Assembly: GCA_038496445.1 (NCBI GenBank)
Contig: JALMLS010000326.1
Location: 17,373-81,372 of the forward strand
From: Trichosphaerium sp. ATCC 40318
Lineage: Eukaryota > Protista > Tubulinea
Length of the DNA: 64,000 nt
Direction of reading: 5' to 3'
Shown here: in pieces, positions 39,231 through 54,503 of the stretch
Layout: each line of letters starts with the position of its first letter
How positions within the stretch are numbered: the stretch's first letter is position 1
Made by a program: the position numbers and the translations under genes
Notes under the pieces: model-generated
Told to the model about the DNA's origin: nothing
What the model saw: only the letters and a program-made list of their open reading frames with translations
The model's database searches: none

Positions 39231-40269
39231 TTAACTTATAACGTTGAACGTAGACCTAGCACATGTACGTAGCCACCTGGTAGTATTTTAAAACACTTTG
39301 TAGGAATAAAAAATGTATACCTTTGCCTAGATAGTTTTTTATACCAGGTACTAAACTTGGTCCAATCCCACTCGAACGATGGATTGTGCACAGCGAGCAC
39401 TTGAGGCCATAGTTTAATAAAACCATATCCAGCTCTTGACGATAGCTGCTCAATTGATACACGATACCTATTAATACATTTTTGTTAGTTATTGCATCAC
39501 TCAATGGAGGCTCCAAAATATTGTACCAATCTTCATGGCTTTTTATACTGTGACTATCTTCTAGCTCCTTTAAAAAAGCAAATTGACGGGTTTTGTCCTT
39601 CCAGTAGTTCCTTGGTGCAAACCTAGATTGCCAATCAGCTTCAACGTCGACTAGTATTCTAAATGAAATGTGTACTTGAAACTCAATGCGTTCCAGTTGT
39701 GATTTGGGTACAACGTAGAAAGGCACGAAGATAGTGAGCTGTTATAGTAATTCCTTAAAGTGTGGGGTTAAAACTAGAGAGATTGAAGACAAAAACCATA
39801 CTTTAGGATGGCACGTGCGCCACAGTCTATAACGTCTTGGTTTACTACCTTGTACCAGTCGTCAAGTACCTTCACTTGGAGTCCTTCTGCTACTACGTTC
39901 AGTTTAGCTGTCTGGTGATGAGTGGCTTGCCACTGTCGATGACCTGCTCGGCTAAGACATCCATTAGCACGACTTTAAAATAGCGTTGTAGTGCCTGAAA
40001 CTGTAGCGATTCCATGGATATTGTGGATACGCTGCTTCAAGCCATTTTGATAAGGAACCGTCGTAGTGGTATCTATTTACAAGCTTAGTTTTACTATTAA
40101 AGGTAGTAAGTCACCTCAACAGCCTCAATGTAGTCGACACGTTCGCAATTGCGGGTTCTTGGACGTCATACCATTCATCCAAGCTCTTAATGCGCATTTT
40201 CTGCCCTAAAGCTTCTAATGCCGTTTTACCCACCACATAATGGCGAATGGAACACTTTAGGTGCAGCAT
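39231..40269 (-). CDS. Short paralogue of the 1780-3939 repeat protein (3 repeats, no nuclease domain visible)
   Basis: IKSLDEWYDV...AAYPQYPW, KVLDDWYKV...TLYPNHNW, IKSHEDWYRV...WPQVLAVHNPSFEWDWTKFS. Ends RWLRTCARSTFNVIS*. Confidence 0.65.
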
Positions 40270-40358
40270 AGTTTGAAATTAGCTCAATTTTGCGTGTCGG
40301 GCGTATTTTTATACTGTAACATGCGGCTACATGGCCACAACTGTTGGCATTGTGTTAC

Positions 40359-41746
<1,388 letters not shown>

Positions 41747-42052
41747 GATCGCTAAGGCGCGTGATTATACTGTTTATACAATAATGACGCACGGTCCCGT
41801 TATGTAACGTCCATCACACACAAACTGATTATGACGGTGCGGCCATAGCTCAAAACGCCTCATTTTATTACTAACCACCTGTTACAAGCGTCGTTGTTGG
41901 TGCTAGGATGCCTGTCAGAGAATTGAAAAAAGTTGACGTTTGTGGAAGCTTCAACACTTAAGAACTAGTTTATGTCCCAATTCACCATTGAAAGAGCAGT
42001 TCGTAAAGTGTCGTAAACAAAAACTGACTAATTTCAGGTCAAGAGAAGGAAA

Positions 42053-45000
42053 ATGGCATCTAAAAGCTCTTCTATGATTGGGTTTGGGTCGTACTTTGGT
42101 GTAGGCGGCGATGAAAACGTTTTTGCGCCTAAAATCCTGAAAAAGCTTCAAAATGTAACTCCAGCTCAGTTTTCGTGCGGTTCTAGGCATACTTGCGTCG
42201 TAACAGGTGAATACACGAATTTCATTTTAAAAAACTTACGAATTCCTCAGAGGATGGACAAACGTACAGTTGGGGATCAAATGAGCATAACCAGGCATTT
42301 TAAAACAATTTTCTTTTTTAAACGGACTAATGTAACTGATTATCACTAGACAGGACGCTATCAACGCCTCATGTCTCCACAGGCACGTTAAAGTATAGTG
42401 GACGTTGTAAAACAACATATTAAAGCCGTGGAGCTAAAATCGATCCTTGCTAGTCCACGCCCGCCGCTTTCTCCGCAATAACACCTCTAACATTTTTGCT
42501 AGCGTATTCCTGCTTTGGAGTCGTTGCTGGTAACTCAAGTTTCTTGTGGAGACGCTCACACATTGATTCTGCTTGGTACGTTTCACGTATTTTTTTTACC
42601 GCTATTTACGAAATCACGTGCCTATACTTACGAAACTGAAGCCTCTGGTCGCGTCTTGTCATTCGGAAAAAATCATAGAGGCCAAGTAAGTGCTAAAAGT
42701 ACATTTTCAAAACCACGTGACCGAAGTGACATTACAATTTTGGAAGATTAATGGATTCTCATATATTTTTTTTTAAGCTAGGCCACGGTGATTTAGAAGC
42801 CAGAGAAAAACCGAAGGTTATAAAGGAATTTGACACGCATCGCATAAAGAAAATAGCTGCAGGTGCCAACCACTCGCTAGCCTTAGATCGTAAGTACCTT
42901 GTTGAAGTATTATGTCATTTTCTCACTTATACTGTAGGTGTTGGCTGCGTTTTCGTTTTTGGTACGTTTCTCAAGGTTGTAACATTACGCTCATCTAAAC
43001 CAACCTTAAGGAGATGGAAGCAAGGGTCAGCTTGGCAAAGGGTAACAATAAATTTGGTCTAGATTTACAATTAATATTGTAAATAGTGATAAAGGAGTCA
43101 GGAGATGGCCTACAGCAGTTGAAGGTCTACTTATATTACCAGTAGTAGACATGCAAGCTGGTGAATCACACACAATAGTCCGCACAGGTGAGGAATTATA
43201 CAGCTACTTGAAGTCATTAACTGTGTATAGTATCCGGTAACTTGTATGGCTTTGGAAGCAACGAGGTACTTCAAATTAAGGATGTCTTAGTTAACACTTT
43301 GAACAGTTCGGACAGCTTGGATTTGGAGATACTGCCAATCGATTGGAGCCAACTTATATATCTGCTTTTAAAGGAATGCCAATAAAAAGCTTCGCTTGTG
43401 GTGCTCACCACACTGCCGTTGTTACGGGTAATATTATGTTCCAAATTCAATTTAGTACTGACATTGCGTTGTAGCTAGTGGTGATGTTTACACTGTCGGT
43501 GCAGGAACTTTTGGTCAATGTGGAACAAAGAAACTTGAACACCTACGATTTCCCACTCGTGTCTCCGGGCTTAAAAGAGCAACACGCGTTGCATGTGGTA
43601 GACGTCACACTATAGTAATCACAAAAGATACCGATGAAGCAGGTAACTACTTTCGGCTTTACATTCTTAGTTTTTGCTTATCTTTTATGAAGGATTACCA
43701 ATGTCTAAAGTCTATACTTTTGGTTGTGGATCTTCTGGACAGGTAAGAGGATATTAGCTAATGTAATCTCACTTTGTTTTAGTTAGGCATTGGCAGGAGT
43801 CTCTCCAAAAACCCAGAGGTACTTGATTTGGATGAACCAACAAAACCAAGCTAACCTATACTAGCCTACAGAACTTGAAGGAATGAGGAGTAATACAGAT
43901 TACCTACCTGTTTGTGGAGGAGAATTTACTCTAGTTTTAAGCTCAGGTAATTACTTGATGGTTCTTAAGTATGTTGGTGCAACTCTTATTAATGCTTGGT
44001 ACTAGACCATGTAATACAAGAACAACCATTCCCTATAGCTCATTTAACTTTACCTTTGATCCAAGAGCTCGTTGCAGACTATAAAAATAACAATGTACGC
44101 CAACTCAATATCTATTTTAAAGTGTTCCTTTGTGCTTATTATTGTTGAAACAGGGTACAGGCACAAGTAACCTGGAGAGGACGTTAGATCTTGTTTTTTC
44201 CCATCCAAATACCCTCAATAGTAGTTTTATTACTAAAGACAGTGCAACTACAAAAGGTACATCAATTTGATGGATTGTTTAAACTCGCAGCGCTAATTTT
44301 GTTAAAAAAAGTGTCAATCTCCGATGTGCGCAGTAGTTTCATACAGATACTTAATGTGCAGTCAAGCACAGGCATTGTTAATGTTATAAACAATGCAATC
44401 TCAAAGTGCCTAAACAATCTGCCTGGTAGGAAGATTAGGAGCGCAGAACAGCTCCGTATGTATTTGATAATTCTTGAGGTAATTATAGCGTTAAACACTT
44501 GCTTTGTAATTTACTTGATAGTACCCTATGCTCTTGGAGCCAAGCAGGCATAATCTGACAGTACTAACAAAACTTGTACGATCGCTAATGAATATGCCAC
44601 AATCAGTCAAAACTGTGTTGCACACGTCATGGAAAAAGTAAGTGGAAGTGGAAGCTATCTTTTTGCTTTAACTATTTTGTTAGCATGACATCTGAATACT
44701 TTATTCGGCTTGTATATATATTTACCAGATTTTTATCGTTGCTATTATCTATGAACATTGATGAGCCTGTCGTATCTACAACTTACATCCTTCAAGACTT
44801 GTGTACGTTTGCCCCATTGAAACTTTTCTATTTTTGTGTTAACTTTTTTTCCAATTTAGATAATATTAACGAAGAGATGCATATTGTGCCTTACTACAAG
44901 TTCTATTGCATATCAATAGGTATACATTATTACAGCTGTAACTACTTCTCTAACGTTATGATAAAGACGCAGTTCTAAAGGACAAGGAGAGTATGGCAAA

Positions 45001-46848
45001 GGAATATAACCGCTGGCGAGGGTACATATTGTTTTGAAGCTTGCTTGAGGACTTATTCTTTTATGTAGTTCTAAAAACGTCTTTTCTCTTCTGAGATACC
45101 CATTTTTGCTTACCCCTGTCGCTAAAACGGAGATTCTACGGTACGACGCCGCAGAACAAATGAAACTCCAAATACAAGTACGGAAATAAACAACCTCACT
45201 TACACGTGCTTAAAATTGTGATTGCTAGAACACTATACATGATGCTATTCGCTCAGGATTTGTTCAGAATCCTTTCCTAGTATTTTCCGTGCGAAGGGAT
45301 CATATTATTCAAGACACACTCAACATGGTACGCATACTAAAGTCACCTACCTTGAATTGTATTGATATCCTGTTAGTTGGCATCTCTTGGACCAAATGAT
45401 CTAAAAAAACAACTTAAAGTTAGTTTCACTGGAGAAGAAGGAGTAGACGAAGGTGGACTTGCAAAAGAGTTTTTCCAGCTCGTCACACAACAACTTTTTG
45501 ACCCAAAGTTTGGTATGCTATTGTCTTGATTTCTTATTCTTATCCTCTCTCAGGAATGTTCATCGACATCAAAGAAACACAACGCCAATGGTACGAAGTT
45601 ATAGCATCAACACCACGTTTCGAAGCCATTTTTTTTACTAATTGTGGTTGTAGGATAAACGCGAACTCTTTGGAAACAGATGTTGAGTTTAGACTGATTG
45701 GGATGGTTATTGGTCTTGCTATATACAATGGTGTCATTATAAACGTTAATTTCCCACTTGCTATTTACAAGAAACTTCTTAATATACCATTGAAATTCCA
45801 AGATTTGCTTGCAACCTTTCCGGTACTGATTTTTCTCTGATTTGCTTTTTTTGTTAACTGTTTCGATCTTAGGTAATTGGTAATAGTCTTAAGAAACTTT
45901 TGGAATACCCTGGGGACGATGTGGAAGATGTGTTCGGCATTGACTTCTGGTATGTTTTTTTCTTTCAAAAAAAAAATTGTTCACGTGTTTTTTTTCTTCT
46001 TTAGTGCAGAGTACACAGGTCTCTTTGGAGAATCCGGATTTTACGAATTAAAACCAAATGGTAAAGAAATACCAGTCACTAATGCAAACCGTCAAGGTAC
46101 GATTATTGACTGAGTTTTGTAAAGAGCTAATTTCTTGTTTTTTTCTTAGAATTTGTTGATCTGTACACAAAGTGGCTTCTTAATGACCACATCAACAAAC
46201 AATTCACCGCCTTTGCGCAAGGATTCACACAAGTTGTTGGTGGAGAGCCTTTTAACGTGAGTTACAAAAAGAAGTTGCAGGTCACAGAATAATTAATCAC
46301 TAGATGTTCCGACCTGAAGAATTAGATTTGTGCGTTTGTGGAGATCGCACCGCCGAGATTGATGTTAACGAAATGGAAAGATGTGCCAAGTATGACGTAC
46401 GCCAATGATCTCACCTAATAGAAACAATATGAATTCTGTAAATAGGGAGGATACAGTAAAAGTAGCAGCGCCATTAAGATGTTTTGGGAGATTCTACGAA
46501 ATTTTTCACCAGCAGAGTTAAGAAACTTTTTGCTATTCACCACTGGCTCTGATAGGTAATGGCTCTCTATTTTAAATAGTAACGTATTACTAACTCATCA
46601 AATAGAATTCCTATCATGGGTATATCATCCATTCCGTTCTATATACAACGCGCTGGACCTGACTCAGATAGGTATGCACTATTTTTTTTTTTTGGTTGTT
46701 ATTTTGGTTTACTAACGAGCTTGTTAGGCTTCCAACAGCTGTTACATGTTATAATCATTTAATATTACCAGAATATAGCAGCAAAGAAAAAATGAAAGAA
46801 AAACTAACAGTTGCAATACAAAACTGTTCAGGCTTTGGATTAAAATAG
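42053..46848 (+). CDS. Small HERC-type E3 ubiquitin ligase (RCC1 repeats + HECT)
   Basis: RCC1 motifs SCGSRHT, SCGDAHT, AAGANHS, GQLGHG. HECT motifs [54 protein letters not shown]...GFGLK*. Confidence 0.93.
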
Positions 46849-46920
46849 ATCAAATAAATCCACAAAAAAAATTTCTAAGCGCTTACAAGTGATAACTCAA
46901 AGCACTTTGTTGTTTTAAAA

Positions 46921-49900
46921 TTACATTTTCTTTTGGCCTGTGGTATTAGCCATACCAAGGAGTCCCTGGTGCTACAGTAGGAGATCTCAAAGGTGTTAAA
47001 GGCGTGCTTGGTCCGCTTAAAAATAAAACATGAGAAACGATGGAATAAGCGCGTTTTTTGTTCTCTTACCTGACCCTCTTTGTATCTAATTTAGAACTTC
47101 GTTTGTCTACAATTTGCAATGGTTTCACAACTTCAAGTAGCTCAGTAAGCTCGGGAGTCTAAATTTAAGAATTTTAGTCAGATCACGTGATAGGTTAGAG
47201 GTTTTTGATGAAACGTACAACTGGCATTTCATTTATCTTATCAAGATGTTTCATAATTACACCAACAACTTGTGCCATTGCCTCTGGATATTCCATTGTC
47301 TCTCCTCGAACAGTAACCTTTTGTGTTTCACCTGTTTTGTACTTTTCCCAAATCAAGCTGAGACGCTCAGGTGAAAGAGTTGAAACTAAAAAAAAACGTT
47401 ATGTTTTGAAGGAATCACGTGGGCTTGTGTACTATTTGTAGGGTCCTAAAAAAGGTTGTCAATGTAAGATACTAATTTTGAAATAGTCGTACAGATATTT
47501 GGTCAATGTATGATGTCATGGCATCGTTAATCTTCTCAACGACTGGATTCATTACCATCAAAAAGTCCTCTTTTCTTCCAAACTTTCTAAAGTTTGCAAT
47601 AGACATCATAACCTTAGATATAAGCGTCAAGTTACGTGTTGTGTTATCAGAAGGTTTCTCTATTTTGAAATATAAGCAACTAACATAAACAGCGATGATA
47701 TATTACGCACGTTCTGCAAGACCATAGAGACGGCTGTATGGCGTTGTCAAAGCCGAGTTAAAAAATCGCAAAAATATAAAACTTGTGACTCCTGTATACT
47801 TTGCCAAAGGCTCATCTGGCCATCGCTCTGATACTTTCAAGCGTATATACTCAAAAATACGTTGTATAGGCCTTATTGAATGGGGTATTAATATCAACAT
47901 GATGACAGCATTTACATACTCTGGAACAAGATGAAAATTGTCGGCAATATCCTTCCATATGGCTTCAACGCGTTCTCCAAGTCTCTTTGCATGACGTTCA
48001 GTTTTCCCTTCATCTCCATTCAAGTGCATTGGATTGAGCTTTGTAAAGATTATTAGAACATAAAATCAAGCACGTGATTTTTGTACTTCTAGTGATGTCT
48101 CGTCTTTGTACAACTCTTCTATATGATGTTTCAACACTTTTTGAAGTAGTTCATTTGCAAGAAGATTCAAGTATCCCTCAACACAATGTGTGACAAGTGT
48201 AGAACTTCTAAACAGGACAGCAGACTCTCCTTTAAAAAAAAGGGTAAGACGGTCAAATATTTTGTTTGTTATCGTACTTGTGTTATCTATCTCAATTTTA
48301 AGAAGCATATTGATGAATGGAATGGCCTTTTTCTTGTGATGTAATGCAGCTATGAGGCACCTCAATACTGATTTTCTCTCCCATACATCTCCGGATAACT
48401 GATCAAGGAGGTTGGCTACGAAAGGGGAAGAGGAACACACCTAAAAAGCCCATTAACTAAAACTAGTAATTGCAAATTTCAATGTACATCAAAAAATCCG
48501 TCATAGTATGTGTCAGGAAGGATACATGTAACCTATACTTCGTTATTACTACCATCAGCTTAATGCATCCGTGCGTACAATATATTCCAATTTTATTCTT
48601 ATACTACCTACTGTAGTGTTGTCGTCTTCTTCGATAGTGTTTACACCTCCTCCTTTTCTCTCAAGATCGAACCATCCCTGAATCTTACGTGCTGCTCTTA
48701 ATATTGGTACCAAGATAGTTTTCTCACACATCGCTGGACTACGACCTAAGTGACTCGTTGATTAATATTACCAAGTATTTCTAATAAATGTCGTGTTACC
48801 TTTACCGAAAGAAGATTGACTGCACACTCTAAATGTTATTTCGCTCGCCTTTGGATCAAGATCACTGCAAAACGTGTCAAGAATTATAAAATCACGTGAC
48901 TTATTTACAAGTAACGAATATAACGCACGTGTAAAATTCTTGCACCCATAGAGCGCCACCATTCTTAGATTTAATCGCCATTGTCCTGAAGACCTTTTCT
49001 CCATCGATAAATATCCTGACAAACGGATTTGGAAGTTTTTTGCTTAGCTTACGCCCTTCTATCACTATTTTTTTGTAAACCAAATAACGAATTAATATTT
49101 TTTGAGAACATGGTTGTGCGTAATTTGAAGCGAAAAAAAAATTAAAAAGGGTTTAGTGCCTTTGATGTACAATGTGATTTTTTCGTTTGATTTTAAAAGA
49201 TGCATTTTAAGTTCTTCTGGTAGTTCTGATATTTTGTTTGTAGGTACAGCAGCTTTGACACGTATTTGAGGCGAGTTCATTTCATCTATTTCAGGTCAGT
49301 TAACAATTATTGGATTGCAGGAAAAGGCGTACCAGTTGTTTTTATTTTGAGAACTGTGGTGTCTAAACTCTGGCTGCGAACACTGTTTTTTCTCTTTGTA
49401 GTTATCGTAACACTACCTTTTTTACGGCTCCAAGTATTAGCTTTTTCTAGCCTTTCTAATTCACCATCACCATCACTCTTTGATCTTTCCTTCACGTGAC
49501 CTTTAACCCGCTAGAAAAAAAGTTAAAAGTGTGCTGATCAAACAACTAAAAACGAAAAAATTCTTCAAGTTAGGCTTCATAATTCTTCCACGTGGAATTT
49601 ATCATTATTGTACCTTTGGTTTTTTTGAAGCGTGAATTGAGTCTAAATGGCTTGGCTTCTTAGTTTTATGTTTCTTCCCTTTTGATCTCGATCGTGGTCT
49701 TGTTTTATGTTTTTTTTCTTTTTTTGGTGATTTAATTATTTTTGAAGTTTCTTGTACTTCTTTTTCTTCTTTATCTTCTGACTGGAGACCAAAATGCATA
49801 GTGCTCTTACGTCGTTGATCTTTCGCTTCTTGATAGTTACTATTCGTACTTTCATCCTCTAACAAAGCAGAACCAGCGAATGGCATAACAGTAGGCTCAG

Positions 49901-50551
49901 CTTCATCTATAATGTGCCTGCATCTTGTCTCTGTTTCCAGAATTTTCTAAAAAAGAAAGTTAACCCTTCGTTATCACGTGAACTTGCGTTAAAACGGTTT
50001 TTGTTTCGGTATCATAAAGACATTCACGTGACCTTAAAACATGACTTTAATCGATGTCCCAAACCCACCAGAAAATTGAGGGGCATGTTATTCAGTTCTT
50101 CGGCGATGTAGTCCAAATGTTGATCCATCTTTGATAAAACTTGGAGTAAAGCTAACGTAAATTTTTAGATTAACTCTATCGAAAAGAAGAATATTTCTCG
50201 TTTGTTTTAACCTCTAATCGCACCTTCAACTATTCCTTCCTTCTCAGACACAGCCAAAGCAACTTTATCGAATATTTCCATAGAATCATCATTAACAACA
50301 ACAGCGATCTCTTTTAACAAGTTAACAACATATCACGTGCGTTTGAAACGTTTTCTTTTTTTCTTTTTTCTCTTGGTACCTTTTGATATCTGCACTACAA
50401 CAGGCGCACATATGATAGCTACACGAGACGTTATATCGCCTTCTTTGGGCTTTAAAAACCCTGTCATAACCTCAATCTTCGCTCTGTACTTTTCTGTGAG
50501 CGTCTGTAGAAGCTGGCGCAGATGCGCTCGCTTCGATTCCATCTCCGCCAT
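46921..50551 (-). CDS. Ras GTPase-activating protein (C2 + RasGAP) with long basic linker; 5' exons above 49300 assigned tentatively
   Basis: C2 PNPFVRIFIDG...WVQEF. Arginine finger VLFRSSTL. Signature TSFIFLRFFNSA and RNLTLISKVMMSIANF. Confidence 0.85.
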
Positions 50552-50923
50552 TTAAAGTCACAAAGTTCAGCAAAAAACTGCACAAGCGTCTGCTCTGTGT
50601 TTCCAAACTCCTTAAAAACTCTTTTACAAATTGAGAATCCCTCCTATTGTATTTGTATTACCCCTATTGTTAAAGTGCACTCCATTTTCTCGGACTAGCG
50701 CATGACCGGAAGGAAGTAAATTGCGTATCACGTGGCCAAGACAAACTTTTTATGGATTAAACATCCATGCGCTCAAAAGATACTGGGGATACGCCGTAGT
50801 TTTTTGAATGCTGACATAGTATGCTATATATGGGTTGGTATTTAATTGACACCGCAAAGCTCACGATTGTGATTTATGAAGTTCTTTATCGGTTTTTTTT
50901 TATTTTTTATTGTACATTCTGTT

Positions 50924-53114
50924 TTACACAAGCACTTTCTTCAGCCTTGCGAATAACCTTGCGATAGCAACCATTTCCTCATAAGTACTATGATGTAATG
51001 TAATGGCAGCATCCGCCAATACAAGCTTGGCTTCGTTTATTTGATGTTCAGCCACTTGTTTAGCGTAATCTAACTTGGACGTCTCACCTACAAAAGCAAA
51101 AGTCAAATCGAAGGAAACAGTCCACAGCAACCTTCAAAAAAAATAGTGTTTTATTACGGACCTGTATAACGGCGAAACGGGCGTGGTTCTGAACTACCAA
51201 CGAGTGATCTCAAGTTTTTAAGGGGCTACAAGTATGTTAGAGGGTTTTGAAATATTTTACTATTTAAGTAGGTTAAAATGTATGCAACTTAACGTACTTC
51301 TTTGATCGCTGTAAGTATTGTTACTACATCTTTAATGTCGCTTGTATTATGAGCGCATTGTGCTTTATTGTATACGTCAATAAGACAATCTCTTAGGATT
51401 GGTATGATAGGTGTTATCTTGATACGAAAGTTTTGTTTCTTCATTTCTGTATTGTCTTGCTGTTGATGTTGTTGCTGTTGTTGTCTGACTGGGCTAGCTG
51501 TACGCAGTTGCTGTGCTTCAAACTGTAAGATACGTTGCTCTTCTTCAATTTGCTTCTGTTGGTTCTCAAACATCAAGCGAGAACGTTTCTCTGCTTCTTC
51601 ACGTTTTCTTACCTCTGCTTTTTGCATACGTTGTATACGTGTATTTTCTGCTATTTGTCTCTCATGTTCTATTTCACTTTTACTCTTCCCTCCTTTAGGA
51701 GAAGAAGCATGAGTACCCAAAGAATTTATATTTCTTTGAGCCTTCCATTCCTCGTATTTTCTATGATCTTCATTGCTCCACCCTTTGAAGACTATTACTT
51801 CAAAAACTATTGTTGTAATTCAAAGAAAATTGGAGAATTGGCGTACACCATTGAGGTCCCTTGGAATAATCAGGTCCTTTGGATGAAGTCTTTCCTCCTG
51901 TACTATTTATCAAAACTTTTGGTCTGTTTAAGTTTTGTAATGGTGAAGAACGCTCATTACGCTCAGCACGTGCAATACTCTTTTCGTTTTTCTCAAATGC
52001 ATTGGAGATAGCATTGTCATCAATGTCTGCTTCCATCAGTCTAGGTGTTGGTCGTTTACCTCCCATGAAACGTAATGCGTCGTGGAATACTTCTTTACAA
52101 TACTCATTGAGCTTGGCACTACATTCAAGCTTCTAGAGTTAAAAAAACCGAATTCTTCAATCTGTAAAAAAAAAAAAGGAAAATGTCAAAGTGTCAAAAT
52201 GATACATAGGGTACACCTAGTTTTGCAGCCAAATCTTGTCCGTCTTCCCTTTAATTTTTTCTTTCAGTGCGCAAGTCGTACTTCTATTAGAACGTACCTC
52301 GACACTTGCCTCTCTAAATCAACTTTGGTGGCGACTAAAACAGCTTTTATTCGTCCATTAAACTTTTGTGTATCTGAAATAAACCAAGTTAAAAAGAGGT
52401 TGGTAACCAAACACAAAGCTTCCAACCTTTCATCTTGCGTAATTTATTTATCCACTCTTCCTCCAAGTCTCTGAAAGCCATTCTATTGTTCACAGGGTAA
52501 CAAATGATAAAAGTAGAGGCGTTGTGCGCTGCTACCTGTCAAAGTACTTTTATCAGCCAAGATTTTGAATAAAATAGTCTGTAACCATGCGTACCTCGAA
52601 GTAGCACTCAAAGGCGTCGGATGACGCTGTGTCATAAACGCACACGTGTTGAGACTTTCCGTCAAAGTTAAAAGTATGGTTTTTATCATCCTAGACGCGT
52701 TGGTATCATTTTCAGGTCGTTTTTAATCATTACCTTAACTGTTGATTCGTATTTATCTATAAACGTACCATGAAGCGCTCTGTTGAGTAATGAAGTCTTT
52801 CCTGAGTACGTAGGACCGACTAGCGCAATTTTTGTTTCTGCTGCTGGTTTAGGCGCATTATAGTCCGCATACGGCATCATGAGGTCTTCTTCTTCGTCGT
52901 CTATTTCCTATTACAGGACTTTTAGACCAAAAAGCACCAAAAAGCGTTGTGTTAGTACAAATGTTTGACCCATCGCCGTTATCACTCTCCTAGAATCGAC
53001 TGGAACAGGAGCACCGGGTTTTATTTCCTCTTCGCGTACAGTAGTTTTAAATTTCTTCTTACCCTTTCCGAGGCGTAGCCTCTTTATATCGGAAAGCTTC
53101 AAGCCTTTGCTCAT
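50924..53114 (-). CDS. Protein with atypical Ras/Rho-like GTPase domain and C-terminal coiled-coil/helical region
   Basis: KIALVGPTYSGKTSLL; VCVYDTASSD; VLVATKVDL; LECSAK; followed by a Q/E/R-rich coiled coil. Confidence 0.7.
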
Positions 53115-53269
53115 ACTGCTACGCTATGCTAAAAGGAGTAGGTTTGACTTTTTTGTACTCGCTGTTGTGGTTTCGATTCAAATATCTAATACCCGACTTG
53201 GAACTAATAGCTACGCATTCTATGTTCGTAGCAACATTAAGAAAGTGGAAACTCATTAAAATCGCTGCA

Positions 53270-54292
53270 ATGGCACTAAAACTGGATAATTCATTGTTGA
53301 GTATGCATTTGTACTGTTAACGTCTATAAAGCTTTTACATGCATCAGATTCGGATAGTGGCTTAGACATCCGTTTACCTTAACACAGCACTCAAATCACT
53401 GTGCCTGTAAATGAAAGTAGCTTATCGCATAGCAGGCCATGTTCTATTGCAAACGCCGCGGTATTCGTGCGATTTGAGTGCGTGCATTACGACAAGGTAA
53501 TTAATACACTACAAAACGGTACTAACGTAAACTAGCACGCGTGGTATTGTCTATAAGGCTACTAAAACAGCTTCTAAAAGAAAGTATGTCTTAAAATGCG
53601 CAAAACGCACTGCACAAATATCGTGGGAGGATAACAACCTTTTTCAGAGAGATTTGGTAAGCCTTTAAATATCTAAACAATCTCAGAGAGTCTAAAAAAC
53701 CAGTTCGCCGCTTTTGACACTTTCCATTTCACTGAAACTACTCTTTAAAAAATGTTATATTCTAAGGTAAGTTTAGGCCCGTGGAGTAGCCATACAAGCC
53801 TCCTTTGATTGCAAATATATTTTGAGTCCAGTGAGGACTCTATCTACGTCACGACTCGGATTTTGTGTCATTTTCGCCAGAGCTTCTGGAAATGTGGGTC
53901 AGATTGCCACTCTAACTGGCAACACAATAAAGCTCATTTTAGCCAGCGTATTAGTGGCTTTACGAGCACTCCATAAAAGAAACATATGTCATGGGGCTAT
54001 CAAAGCGTCAAGTGTGCTCTTCATGTATGATGGTAAAATCAAGTTGTCTAATTTTGATGCTGCCGAGCAGCTTGATAATGTTGACTTCCCGGTCTACATG
54101 AAAAAAAAGAAACGCGAAGATATTATTTCGCTAGCCGCTATGACTAAAGACCTTGCCAGAAGTTCAAGGCAAAACTTAACAAAAAATGAAAGGAAGGAAC
54201 TTAACGGTTTCGTAAAAGCATGTAAAGTGCCAAACCAAACGCCAAACAGATTATTATCGACTCCATTTCTGGTGGACTTTATTGCAAACTGA
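53270..54292 (+). CDS. Pseudokinase (protein kinase fold lacking catalytic motifs)
   Basis: ALRALHKRNICHGAIKASSVLFMYDGKIKLSNFD: HRD is HGA, DFG is NFD, and no APE motif is visible. Confidence 0.75.
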
Positions 54293-54503
54293 CTTGGTTT
54301 GGTTTCAGGTCAACCTCTAACTTTGAAAAAATGTCATCAAATAAAAACTCTTGTACATGTTCTAGCTACTTATTTTTCTGAATTGTGAAGTGTACAAATC
54401 TTGCGTTATGGTCTTAACATGAATGTAATAACGTCAACAAATTTATTGAGTTGGAGCATTTATATTTACAGTCAGTATGCTCGGTAATTGGTAAAATCCT
54501 TTT

